Numbered from the stretch's first letter, positions 1 to 8,404 are shown. The stretch: DNA of 16,961 nucleotides from Elusimicrobiota bacterium (GCA_043827405.1 JBDRPD010000044.1:1-16961), one strand, 5' to 3'. Numbers and translations are program-made. Notes: generated by a model not told the origin, from the letters alone.

Positions 1-1201
1 GCGCGACCTCAGCGAGCGCAAGAAGGCGGAAGAAGATCTGCAGGCCAGCCGCGAGCAGCTGCTGCAGTCGCAGAAGCTGGAGGCCGTGGGACGGCTGGCC
101 GGCGGGGTGGCGCACGACTTCAATAACCTGTGCACCGTGATCCGCGGCTGCGCCGATTTCCTGGGCAAGAATACGCCGCCGGACGATCCCCGCCGCGAGG
201 ATATCGACGAGATCGCCCAGGCCGGGGCGCGGGCTGCGAACCTGACGCGCCAGCTCTTGGCATTGAGCCGCAAGCAGGTCCTGCAGCCGAAAACGCTGAG
301 CCTCGGCACCATCGTGCTGGGCATGCGGAGCATGCTGGAGCGGACGCTGGGCGAGGACATCACCCTGCTCACGCAGCTTTCGGCGGAGGCGGCGCCGGTG
401 CGGGTCGACCCGGGCCAGATCGAGCAGGTGCTCCTTAACCTGGCGGTCAACGCCCGTGAGGCCATGCCGCGCGGCGGCAAGCTGATCATTGGATGCGCGG
501 ACGTTCGCAGCGGCAAGGAATACCGGCCTAAGGGCTCCACCATCCCCCCGGGAAACTACGTCTGCCTGACGGTCAGCGACACCGGCTGCGGCATGGATGC
601 GGCGACCAAGGAGCGGGCCTTCGAGCCTTTCTTCACCACCAAGGGATTCGGCCAGAGCAGCGGCCTCGGCCTGTCGACGGCCTACGGCATCGTGCGCCAG
701 AGCGGCGGCTACATGTCGCTCGACAGCGAAGTCGGCCGTGGGACGACGTTCAAGATCCACCTGCCCGCCGCCGCCGGGGCGGACGAGCAGACGCCGGCGA
801 AGCGCGCGCCGGCCGTCAGGGGCAGCGGTACCATCCTGCTGGTTGAGGACGACGCCCGGGTGCGCCGGACCGCGCGGCGCGCGCTGGAGGCGGCCGGCTA
901 CACGGTCATCGAGGCGGACTGCGGCGCCGCCGCGCTGCGCCTTCTCGAGCGGGATAAGCCGGAGTTCGACCTTCTCGTCACCGACGTCATCATGCCGGAG
1001 ATGGACGGGCCGCAGCTCGTCGACGAGATCGCGCGCCGGCGGCCCGGAGTACCGACGCTGTACATGTCCGGCTACACCGGCGAGATGCTGATCATGCGCG
1101 GCATCCTTGAAGAGGACGAGGCCTTCCTGGCCAAGCCCTTCACCCCCGACGATTTGGCGCACAAGGTCGCCGCGGTCCTCGCCGCCCACCGGCGCGGCTG
1201 A
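1..1201 (+). CDS. Hybrid sensor histidine kinase/response regulator (CckA-like HisKA-HATPase-REC), 5'-truncated by the window edge
   Basis: Frame is open from base 2 (RDLSERKKAEEDLQASREQLLQSQKLEAVGRLAGGVAHDFNN, a PAS-PAC exit into the H-box). N box LNLAVNAREAM, G1 DTGCGM, F box FEPFFTTK; C-terminal REC with LLVEDD, VTDVIMP, AKP. Confidence 0.95.
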   Translation, partial: RDLSERKKAEEDLQASREQLLQSQKLEAVGRLAGGVAHDFNNLCTVIRGCADFLGKNTPPDDPRREDIDEIAQAGARAANLTRQLLALSRKQVLQPKTLSLGTIVLGMRSMLERTLGEDITLLTQLSAEAAPVRVDPGQIEQVLLNLAVNAREAMPRGGKLIIGCADVRSGKEYRPKGSTIPPGNYVCLTVSDTGCGMDAATKERAFEPFFTTKGFGQSSGLGLSTAYGIVRQSGGYMSLDSEVGRGTTFKIHLPAAAGADEQTPAKRAPAVRGSGTILLVEDDARVRRTARRALEAAGYTVIEADCGAAALRLLERDKPEFDLLVTDVIMPEMDGPQLVDEIARRRPGVPTLYMSGYTGEMLIMRGILEEDEAFLAKPFTPDDLAHKVAAVLAAHRRG

Positions 1202-1229
1202 GCCGTCCCCTCCGCACTTTCCCGCCGGC

Positions 1230-1285
1230 TTGAGCATCTCTTGAGCCTTCCCTGACCGCGCGCTGAGCCGCTCTCGCCATACTAT
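1230..1285 (+). promoter_or_regulatory. Four 11-bp-spaced YTGASC direct repeats followed by a -10-like TACTAT; putative OmpR/PhoB-family binding array
   Basis: TTGAGC 1230, TTGAGC 1241, CTGACC 1252, CTGAGC 1263; TACTAT 1280-1285; SD GAGGA 1290-1294; ATG 1298. Confidence 0.6.
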
Positions 1286-1297
1286 TGTTGAGGAACA

Positions 1298-2149
1298 ATG
1301 GAGACGACGAGCATCCTGGTGGCCGACGACAATCCCGCCCTGCAGAAGATCATGCGGCGGCTGTTCGCCGCCGAGGGAGTGCGCGTGGTCTGCATCGGCA
1401 ACGGTCTCGAGGCGCTGGCGAACGCGACCCGCGACGTGCCCGACATCGTGATCCTCGACGTGAATATGCCGGGGATGGACGGCTATGCCGTATGCCGGGC
1501 CCTGCGCGAGGACTACCGCACGCGCCATATTCCGGTGCTGATGCTGACCGGAATGGGCCCCGGGGACGCCGAGCTGCGCGGCCTCGACATGGGGGCCGAC
1601 GACTACCTGACCAAACCCTTTGACGCCAAGCGGCTAAAAGCGCGCACCGAGTCGCTGCTGCGCCGCGGCCGCTCGCGCATGGAGCTGAATCCACTGACGC
1701 ACTTTCCCGGCAATCATGCCATTAAGCGCGAATGCGAGGAGCGCCTGCGCGCGGGAAAGCCGTTCACCGCGGCCTATGCCGACATCCGCCATTTTAAGGC
1801 GGTCAACGACAGCCGCGGCTTTTCCTTCGGCGACCGGGTAATCCTGACGCTCGGCGAGACGCTGCGCGCCGCCGTGGAAAGCGGACCGGCCGGCCGTCCC
1901 TTCGTCGGGCATGTGGGCGGCGACGACTTCATCGTTATCACCGATCAGCCGTTATGCCCGTCCCGGGTCAAGGCTTCTTTCGCTATGCGCATCGACGCGC
2001 TCTACGAGGAAGCGGGGATCGCGGATTGCGTGCCGGTTGGCCTGACCCTGGGACAGGTCTACTGCGCTCCCGGCCGCTATGGGAGCTATGAGGAGCTCGC
2101 GCGGGCGGTCAGCGCGGCGAAAGAGGCGGCGAAAGAGGATATGCCATGA
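1298..2149 (+). CDS. Response regulator receiver-modulated GGDEF protein (putative diguanylate cyclase, GGDDF variant)
   Basis: N-terminal REC (VADD, ILDVNMP, LTG, TKPF); C-terminal NPLTHFPGN, ADIRHFKAVND..G..GD, GHVGGDDF. Confidence 0.88.
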   Translation: METTSILVADDNPALQKIMRRLFAAEGVRVVCIGNGLEALANATRDVPDIVILDVNMPGMDGYAVCRALREDYRTRHIPVLMLTGMGPGDAELRGLDMGADDYLTKPFDAKRLKARTESLLRRGRSRMELNPLTHFPGNHAIKRECEERLRAGKPFTAAYADIRHFKAVNDSRGFSFGDRVILTLGETLRAAVESGPAGRPFVGHVGGDDFIVITDQPLCPSRVKASFAMRIDALYEEAGIADCVPVGLTLGQVYCAPGRYGSYEELARAVSAAKEAAKEDMP

Positions 2150-3402
2150 ACCGGAACTACGAGGCCGTCTTCTGCGTCGTGCTGGTCGCGGGCGCTTTTC
2201 TGTGGCGCGACAATCCGTATATGGTCTATCCCGATATCCTGTACCTGCTGGTGCTGCTGCTGGGCCTCAACCTGGCGGCGGGGTTGTCTCTGCGCCTATG
2301 GCCGGCCCAGCAATGGGCGAGCGCTTTGATTATCCTCGCCAACTGCGCGGTGATAACGGGCATGCTTTCGCATTCGGGCGGCGCCGAGTCCAAGCTCTGG
2401 GTGCTCTACCTGCTGCCCATCTATACCGCCTGCATGCTGCTCGACGGCGGCTGCGTTATTTGGATTACAGGCGGCGCCGCGGGCTTTAATGCCGCCTTCC
2501 ATCTCATCAACGAGCCGGTATGGTCCGATCCGATTCTCTTCACTGTGGCGGTCAAGTGCGGCCTGCTGATCTTCGCCGCCGCCACCACCTGGGGCATAGT
2601 CGCCCGCGGCCGTAAGACGAGCGACCTGCTGCAGGAGCAAAGCGAAAAGCTCGACCAGGCGCAGAAGCTCTCCGAGGTCGGCCTGGTCAGCTCGGGAGTG
2701 GCGCACGATTTAAAGAACCCGCTGTTCGTGATCGAGGCCACCTGCGGCGTGCTGCTCAAGCGCCGTGAAGAGTTCCCCAATATAGTGTCCGACATCGACC
2801 GCATCCGCCGCGCCGCCGAGCACTGCCGCGCCACGGTGAGCGGCATCCTCGGCTATGCCGGCAAGGCCAAGCACGCGCCGCGGTCCTGCGACGTCAACGC
2901 GGCGCTCGACAACTGCCTGTCGCTGTTCAGCGGGGCGCTGGCCGACGCCGGCGTCACGGTGCGCCGGCTCTACGGCGGCGGCCTGCCGCCGGTGCGCGGC
3001 CGCATCTACGAGCTGCAGCGGGTGTTTCTCAACCTGATGTCCAACGCCAAGGACGCCATGGAAGGCGGCGGCACTCTGACCTTGCGCACCGTCCTGCGCC
3101 GCGACGCGCGCGGCGGTCCGGGCTACGTGCAGTTGATCGTCGACGATTCCGGCGGCGGCCTGTCCGAGCAGGCCCTCGGCGGGCTGTTCCGGCCCTTTGT
3201 GTCCAGCAAGGCCCCGGGGAAGGGAACCGGGCTCGGGCTATATATGTGCCGCGAGATCGCGGTCCAGCACGGCGGCTCGCTGACCGCCGGCAACGCCCCC
3301 CAAGGCGGGGCGCGCTTTATCCTGTCCCTGCCGGCGGAGGAAGACGCAGCGCGCGCGGATTCGCCGCGGCGGACGGAACCTGAAATGGAGGCAGTATCAT
3401 GA
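2146..3402 (+). CDS. Membrane-bound sensor histidine kinase (about 5 TM helices, PilS/RegB-like intramembrane input)
   Basis: Hydrophobic N-terminus including SGGAESKLWVLYLLPI; H-box GVAHDLKNPL, N box NLMSNAKDAM, DDSGGG, GKGTGLGL. ATGA overlap with the upstream gene. Confidence 0.92.
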   Translation: MNRNYEAVFCVVLVAGAFLWRDNPYMVYPDILYLLVLLLGLNLAAGLSLRLWPAQQWASALIILANCAVITGMLSHSGGAESKLWVLYLLPIYTACMLLDGGCVIWITGGAAGFNAAFHLINEPVWSDPILFTVAVKCGLLIFAAATTWGIVARGRKTSDLLQEQSEKLDQAQKLSEVGLVSSGVAHDLKNPLFVIEATCGVLLKRREEFPNIVSDIDRIRRAAEHCRATVSGILGYAGKAKHAPRSCDVNAALDNCLSLFSGALADAGVTVRRLYGGGLPPVRGRIYELQRVFLNLMSNAKDAMEGGGTLTLRTVLRRDARGGPGYVQLIVDDSGGGLSEQALGGLFRPFVSSKAPGKGTGLGLYMCREIAVQHGGSLTAGNAPQGGARFILSLPAEEDAARADSPRRTEPEMEAVS

Positions 3403-3800
3403 ATAAGGCAAAACGCATCCTGGTAATAGACGACGACCCGCTGGTGCACAAGGTGATCCGCCGCGCCTTTGGCGGCAGCTTCGAGGTCCTGAGCATCTAC
3501 GACCCCCGGGAGGCGATGGCGACCGCCGCGGTAGAGGAGATCGATCTCATCATCCTCGATGTATGCATGCCGAACCTTGACGGCCATTCGCTGGCGTCGC
3601 TGTTCAAAGAAGACGTGCTGACCCGTGATATCCCGGTCCTGATGCTGACCGGACTTTCCGGCGGCGAGGCGATGCTCGACGGCATGGCGGCGGGCGCCGA
3701 CACCTATATGACCAAGCCCTTCGACGTCGATGAGCTCTATGACTGGGGCAGCCGGCTCATCACTCAGGGCCGCGAAGAGTCCGTTCGCGAGCGGACCTAG
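3399..3800 (+). CDS. Single-domain response regulator (CheY/DivK-like receiver)
   Basis: VIDDD, ILDVCMP, LTG, TKPF; ATGA overlap with the kinase stop; SD GGAGG upstream. Confidence 0.92.
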   Translation: MNKAKRILVIDDDPLVHKVIRRAFGGSFEVLSIYDPREAMATAAVEEIDLIILDVCMPNLDGHSLASLFKEDVLTRDIPVLMLTGLSGGEAMLDGMAAGADTYMTKPFDVDELYDWGSRLITQGREESVRERT

Positions 3801-3807
3801 CCGGGGC

Positions 3808-4155
3808 CTATGGCGCGTCGGCGCCGGGAGACTCGAGCGCGTTAAGCCGTTTTTCGTGACGGCGCAGCTTCATTTCATGCTCTTGGAGCTGATGCCCATG
3901 CGTCAGCGCCTTGTCTTCGAAGCGTCTGCCTTTGATGACCGAATCCTCGAACGCGGTGAGAAGCTCGCTGCGGAAGCCGCGCAGTTCCGTCATGATGTTG
4001 CTCTCCATACGGTCCATGCGGGATTCGTTGCCGGCGATCCTGAGCGCCATGCGGTTGAAATCCCCTTTCAGTTCGGTCCGCACGCCGTCGATCTTCTTGC
4101 CGAGTTGTCCGATGTCGGCCTTGGTGGCCGGTTCGTTTTTTTTCGCTGCGCTCAT
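3808..4155 (-). CDS. Small coiled-coil hypothetical protein (ATKADI motif, DUF1640/CCDC90-like), 115 aa
   Basis: ATG at 4155 with GGAGG SD upstream; heptad-rich MSAAKKNEPATKADIGQLGKKIDGVRTELK...HEKRLNALE. The track's longer start at 4293 has no support. Confidence 0.7.
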   Translation of the reverse strand: MSAAKKNEPATKADIGQLGKKIDGVRTELKGDFNRMALRIAGNESRMDRMESNIMTELRGFRSELLTAFEDSVIKGRRFEDKALTHGHQLQEHEMKLRRHEKRLNALESPGADAP

Positions 4156-4247
4156 GCCCTTGCCCCTCCAACGCTGGCTTCCCGTATATACGAACGGGGG
4201 GCGCCGGAAGTTCCCTTCTATGGTACCAGGCCGCAAGCGGATGAGCA

Positions 4248-4280
4248 AGGGGCGAAGGGCCTTGACAGGGGCGAAGGGCC
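4248..4280 (+). repeat. Perfect 14-bp direct repeat AGGGGCGAAGGGCC x2 bracketing TTGAC(A)
   Basis: Copies at 4248-4261 and 4267-4280; TTGACA at 4262-4267. Confidence 0.85.
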
Positions 4281-4320
4281 GTAAATTGAGCATGGCGACA
4301 AAACTAAGTAGTTCTACGAA

Positions 4321-4368
4321 TTGCGGTGAGGTTTTTTATAAAATATAACAATCATAACAGTAATAACA
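4321..4368 (+). promoter_or_regulatory. Putative sigma70 promoter overlapped by three ATAACA direct repeats at 9-bp period
   Basis: TTGCGG 4321-4326, N17, TATAAC 4344-4349; ATAACA at 4345, 4354 and 4363 in an AT-rich island. Confidence 0.6.
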
Positions 4369-4391
4369 AACAAGTAGTTGAGGTTGGCTTT

Positions 4392-4976
4392 ATGACTCCC
4401 CGCGCCCTGGGCACTTACCGTGTAGCTAAGATCTGCCATGTCAGTCCGATGACCATCGGGCGCTGGATCAAGGACGGCAAGCTCAATGCCTTCATGACCG
4501 CCGGCGGCCAGCACCGGGTCTGGGCGCCTGATCTGGCCGATTTTATGCGCCGGCTCAAGATGCCGGTTCCCCCGGAGCTGGAGGCCGCGGTTCGCCGCCG
4601 CATCCTGGTCGTTGAGGATGAGGTCTCGGTGCGGCGCGTACTGGTGCGCTACATTCGCGGCATTTATCCTGAGGCCGACATCGTAGAGGCCGGTGACGGC
4701 TTTGACGCCGGGAAAAAGGCGGCGACCTTGGTCCCCGCGGTCATGGTGCTCGACCTGAACCTCCCCGGCGTCAACGGTTTCGATATCTGCAGCTCCATCC
4801 GTGCCGACGACAGGCTACGCGGCATTAAAATCCTGGCCATCACCGGCTATCACGTCGAGGAATGGAAGAAGAAGGCGCTGGATGCCGGGGCGGATGCCTT
4901 TTTGGGCAAGCCGATCGAAGAGGATCTATTGAGGAAAGAGCTGGAGAAACTATTGCCGGCGCCGGTATTGAAGTGA
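4392..4976 (+). CDS. BldC/excisionase-like (HTH_17, MerR-type) DNA-binding domain fused to a C-terminal receiver domain, paralogue 1 (194 aa)
   Basis: LGTYRVAKICHVSPMTIGRWIKDGKL..F.TAGGQHRV fits the Xis/BldC wHTH pattern; REC VVEDE, VLDLNLP, ITG, GKP. Start 4392 chosen by ungapped alignment with the paralogue at 8494. Confidence 0.9.
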   Translation: MTPRALGTYRVAKICHVSPMTIGRWIKDGKLNAFMTAGGQHRVWAPDLADFMRRLKMPVPPELEAAVRRRILVVEDEVSVRRVLVRYIRGIYPEADIVEAGDGFDAGKKAATLVPAVMVLDLNLPGVNGFDICSSIRADDRLRGIKILAITGYHVEEWKKKALDAGADAFLGKPIEEDLLRKELEKLLPAPVLK

Positions 4977-7711
4977 AGAAACTGTTCAGCGCGGATTCCC
5001 CGATTGCGCGCCGGCTCACCGCGTGGTTTGTGCTAATTGGTCTGGTGCCGTTGTTTGTCGTGCTGGTGGTCGCCTATACCGCGTCGCGCGAGGCTCTGAT
5101 TCAGTCGGAGATCGGCAAGTATGACGCTTTGGCGCAGAGCAAGATGGAACGCTTTGAGCGCTATACGGCGTCGCTGAAGCGTGAGTTGAATGTTTTCGCT
5201 GGGCATGAATCTTTAGACGATTTTTTGGGCGACCCGGCACAAAGTAAAAATTCGAAAAAGTTCTATCAAGCGATTGGGGCACATCACGAATACTACGACC
5301 TCTTCATAATTCGTATGAACGGCGACGTAATCTACTCCACTAAGGAAGAGTCGGATTACGGTTCAAACCTCATCTCCGGACCCTACAAAGATACCGGATT
5401 GAGTACAGCCTTTCGCTCCGCGCGCGAAGGGAAGTCTGGCGGAATTACCGATTTCTCTTACTATGAGCCGAGCGGCACGGCGGCGGCTTTCTGCGCACAG
5501 CCGATCCGGCGCGACGGGAAGATCGTCGGCGTCATCGCGGCGCAGATTAGTACGGATGAATTCGCGAGTGTTATCAATGACTACACCGGCCTGGGGGAGA
5601 CGGGCGAGTTGGTGGTCGGGACGCTCGTTGGAAATGATGTAGTCCTCGCCCTGCCCACCCGGCACGACAAAAACGCCGCGTTCGTGCGTAAGGTTAGCTT
5701 GGGAAGCGATGCTGCCTTACCTATTCAGAACGCCGTACAGGGACGCAACGGGAATGGCCGTTCCGTCGATTACCGCGGCAAAAAGATCATCGCCGCCTGG
5801 CGGCACCTGCCTTCGCTGCGCTGGGGGCTGGTGGTCAAAATTGATGAAGATGAAGCTCTCGCGCCAGCGGTGCGGTTGGGCATGCGTCTCCAGATATTAT
5901 GCTTTGCCGTAGTTTTACTGGTCATCTTCGGGGCGATGCGCGTCGCGAGCACCATCTCAACTCCTATCGCCGCGCTGCGCCAGGGAGTAAAAGCATTTCA
6001 TGATGGCGAACTGGAGCATCGGGTCGGCACCAAAGCAGATGATGAGATCGGCGAGCTGGGACGGGAGTTTGACAAGATGGCGGCCAATCTGCGGCGCACG
6101 ACCGTCAGCCGAGACAAGCTTTCCGAGGAAGTGGAGGAGCGCCGTCGCGCGATTAACAAGATGAAGACCGCGGAGCGGGCCAAACTCGACACCGATCGTA
6201 CGCTCAACGCGGTACTGGGGGCCATCCCCGACAATATCTATATGCTGGACCCCGAGCTCAAAGTCATTTGGGTCAACAATGTGCTGGCCAAAAAGATGGG
6301 AATCGAGATGCGAGGAAAGTTCTGCTACCAGGCCATGCACGACCGTGAGACGCCTTGCGACGACTGCCACGCTCTGCGGACCTTCCGTGACGGCGAGCAG
6401 TATTCGCATGACTGGTCGCAACTGGATACCAATGGCAACCAGCGGCATTATCACTGTTCCTCCACCGTCGCCTCGACGGACGGCAACGGCCGGCCGGCTA
6501 CGGTGCTGATCCTTGGCCGCGATATCTCCGACTACAAGAACGCCGAGGAAAGTCTGCGCCAGAGCCGCGAGCAGCTCCACATGTCGCAGAAGCTGGAAGC
6601 CGTAGGGCGGCTGGCCGGCGGCGTGGCGCATGACTTCAATAACCTGCTGACCGCCATAGGCGCCTACACCAACTTCCTGACCCAGGCGATCGACCCGAAG
6701 GACGCCAAGCAGGAGGATCTCAAGGAGATCAAGAGCGCGGTCAGCAAGGCTGCCGGGCTGACCCGCCAGCTTTTGGCCTTCAGCCGCAAGCAGGTCCTGC
6801 AGCCTAAGGTTCTCAATCTCAACGTCATCATCGGCGATATAGAGAAGCTGCTGCGCCGGACCTTGATCGAGGATATCTCGGTGCACGTCAAGCTTGATCC
6901 CTCGCTGGGGCCGATTAAGGCCGATGCCACCCAGATGGAGCAGGTGATCATGAACCTGGCGGTCAATGCCGCCGATGCCATGCCCAAGGGCGGCAAGCTG
7001 ATTTTGGAGACGTCTAATGTAGCGTTCTCGGAAGAGGCGTCGTATGAGAACTTCATTATTCCCGCCGGACGGTATGCCTTGGTCGCGGTAAGCGATACCG
7101 GCACCGGCATGGACGAAGAAACCCGGGCGCATATCTTCGAGCCCTTCTATACCACCAAGGAACGGGGCAAGGGCACGGGCCTGGGTCTGGCGACGGTCTA
7201 CGGCATCGTTAAACAGAGCGGCGGTTTCGTGTCGTGCTATACCGCACCAGGCGAGGGCACGAGTTTCCGCGTCTACCTGCCGCGGGTTGACGAGCCGGTA
7301 GAGGACGACGCGCTTAAGCAGCAGTCGTTTGCCAGCATGGGCGGGACGGAGACCATCCTCCTGGCGGAGGACGACGCGGCGGTGCGCAATACCGCCTTGC
7401 GGGCGCTGCGCGCCTGCGGCTATGAAGTGCTGACCGCCGAGGACGGCCAAGCGGCGCTCGATGAAGGCGCGCGCTGCAAGAAGCCGATCCATTTGCTGGT
7501 GACCGACGTGATCATGCCGCGGCTTGACGGCCGCGAGCTGGTGCGGCGGATCATGCCGACGCGCCGCGATATGAAGGTGCTTTATATCTCGGGCTATACC
7601 GACGAAGTCATCGCCCAGCGCGGGATTTTGGAGGAGGGCATTTCCTTTCTGCATAAGCCCTTCCTCCCTCATGAGCTGGCGCACAAGGTGCGGCAGGTGC
7701 TGGACAGCTGA
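4973..7711 (+). CDS. Hybrid sensor histidine kinase: TM-dCache-TM-HAMP-PAS-HisKA-HATPase-REC (about 912 aa)
   Basis: GTG start overlaps the upstream TGA (GTGA). Two TM segments flank YYDLFII..GDVIYS/DFSYYEPS/DYRG (Cache-type); HAMP DEIGELGREFDKM; PAS with CYQAMHDRETPCDDCH; H-box GGVAHDFNNLL; GKGTGLGL; REC LAEDD, VTDVIMP, HKPF. Confidence 0.93.
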   Translation: MKKLFSADSPIARRLTAWFVLIGLVPLFVVLVVAYTASREALIQSEIGKYDALAQSKMERFERYTASLKRELNVFAGHESLDDFLGDPAQSKNSKKFYQAIGAHHEYYDLFIIRMNGDVIYSTKEESDYGSNLISGPYKDTGLSTAFRSAREGKSGGITDFSYYEPSGTAAAFCAQPIRRDGKIVGVIAAQISTDEFASVINDYTGLGETGELVVGTLVGNDVVLALPTRHDKNAAFVRKVSLGSDAALPIQNAVQGRNGNGRSVDYRGKKIIAAWRHLPSLRWGLVVKIDEDEALAPAVRLGMRLQILCFAVVLLVIFGAMRVASTISTPIAALRQGVKAFHDGELEHRVGTKADDEIGELGREFDKMAANLRRTTVSRDKLSEEVEERRRAINKMKTAERAKLDTDRTLNAVLGAIPDNIYMLDPELKVIWVNNVLAKKMGIEMRGKFCYQAMHDRETPCDDCHALRTFRDGEQYSHDWSQLDTNGNQRHYHCSSTVASTDGNGRPATVLILGRDISDYKNAEESLRQSREQLHMSQKLEAVGRLAGGVAHDFNNLLTAIGAYTNFLTQAIDPKDAKQEDLKEIKSAVSKAAGLTRQLLAFSRKQVLQPKVLNLNVIIGDIEKLLRRTLIEDISVHVKLDPSLGPIKADATQMEQVIMNLAVNAADAMPKGGKLILETSNVAFSEEASYENFIIPAGRYALVAVSDTGTGMDEETRAHIFEPFYTTKERGKGTGLGLATVYGIVKQSGGFVSCYTAPGEGTSFRVYLPRVDEPVEDDALKQQSFASMGGTETILLAEDDAAVRNTALRALRACGYEVLTAEDGQAALDEGARCKKPIHLLVTDVIMPRLDGRELVRRIMPTRRDMKVLYISGYTDEVIAQRGILEEGISFLHKPFLPHELAHKVRQVLDS

Positions 7712-7717
7712 GGTGCT

Positions 7718-8404
7718 ATGCAAAAGATCCTGGTCTTAGACGATACGGCGTCGCTGCGCAAGGCGGTGGAGAAGTACCTCACGCAGCAGGGCTATGCGGT
7801 TGTGGCGGCGGGCAGCGGCTCGGACGGGCTGATTTTGGTCGAAGAGTCCAAGCCCGACCTGGTGCTCACCGACGCCGTGATGCCCGGCCTCGATGGGCAT
7901 TCCCTGTGCCGGGTGATCAAGCGCAAGGCGGCGACCAAGCATATCCCGGTCGTCATCATGACCGGCGAGATGCTGGAGGAAAATGATGTAGTGGCGGGCC
8001 TCGAGGGCGGCGCCGACGACTATGTGATCAAGCCCTTTACCATGAAGGTCCTGCTGGCGCGCATCCGCGCGGTATTGCGGCGCTACGAACAGCAGCCGGC
8101 GGCCAAGGAAACGCTCAAGAAGTTCGGCATCGAGCTCGACGCCGGACGGCGCGAGGTGCGCGTCGACGGCAAGCGAATCAGCCTGGCGCGCAAGGAGTTC
8201 GACCTGCTGGCCTTGCTGCTCTCCAGCCAGGGGCGGGTGCTCAGCGCCAACTACCTGCTGGAGACCGTTTGGGGCTATGACCTGGCCGACTACAACGACC
8301 CGCATACCATCGAGACCCATATCTCGGGGCTGCGGCGCAAGCTCGGCAAGGCCGCCAAGCATCTGGTCAACGTCCGCGGCGCCGGCTATAAGCTGGAAGA
8401 ATAG
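7718..8404 (+). CDS. OmpR/PhoB-family DNA-binding response regulator
   Basis: REC (VLDD, LTDAVMP, GADDYVIKPF) plus winged helix (KEFDLLALL, VWGY, TIETHISGLRRKL, NVRGAGYKL); SD GAGG. Confidence 0.95.
   Translation: MQKILVLDDTASLRKAVEKYLTQQGYAVVAAGSGSDGLILVEESKPDLVLTDAVMPGLDGHSLCRVIKRKAATKHIPVVIMTGEMLEENDVVAGLEGGADDYVIKPFTMKVLLARIRAVLRRYEQQPAAKETLKKFGIELDAGRREVRVDGKRISLARKEFDLLALLLSSQGRVLSANYLLETVWGYDLADYNDPHTIETHISGLRRKLGKAAKHLVNVRGAGYKLEE

Noticed and set aside
640..675. Variant G2 box (GQSSGLGL instead of GKGTGLGL) as a sign of a dead kinase
   Set aside because: H, N, G1 and F boxes and GLGL are intact, so the change is within plausible natural variation.
4160..4320. Possible riboswitch or ncRNA (small hairpins CCGCAAGCGG, CGTATATACG) in the divergent intergenic region
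   Set aside because: No recognisable c-di-GMP or other riboswitch consensus by eye. An Infernal/Rfam search would be needed.
4341..4372. ATAACA and other short repeats as a CRISPR array or iteron origin
   Set aside because: Units are 6-14 bp with no unique spacers, and there is no cas or rep gene in the window.
4392..4530. Excisionase-like HTH as evidence of a prophage or ICE
   Set aside because: Fused to a receiver domain, with no integrase, att/tRNA site or phage genes in the window.
4862..4972. Upstream extensions given by the ORF track (4862, also 4326, 11671, 12255, 15240)
   Set aside because: They overlap upstream genes or promoters. Downstream starts have coupled overlaps, SD sites or paralogue support.
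5957..7723. 588-aa antisense ORF, and similar shadows at 7736..8470, 8419..9081, 11701..12585, 13050..13808 and 14713..15408
   Set aside because: Mirror-frame ORFs opposite well-supported genes, expected in high-GC DNA, with no recognisable motifs.
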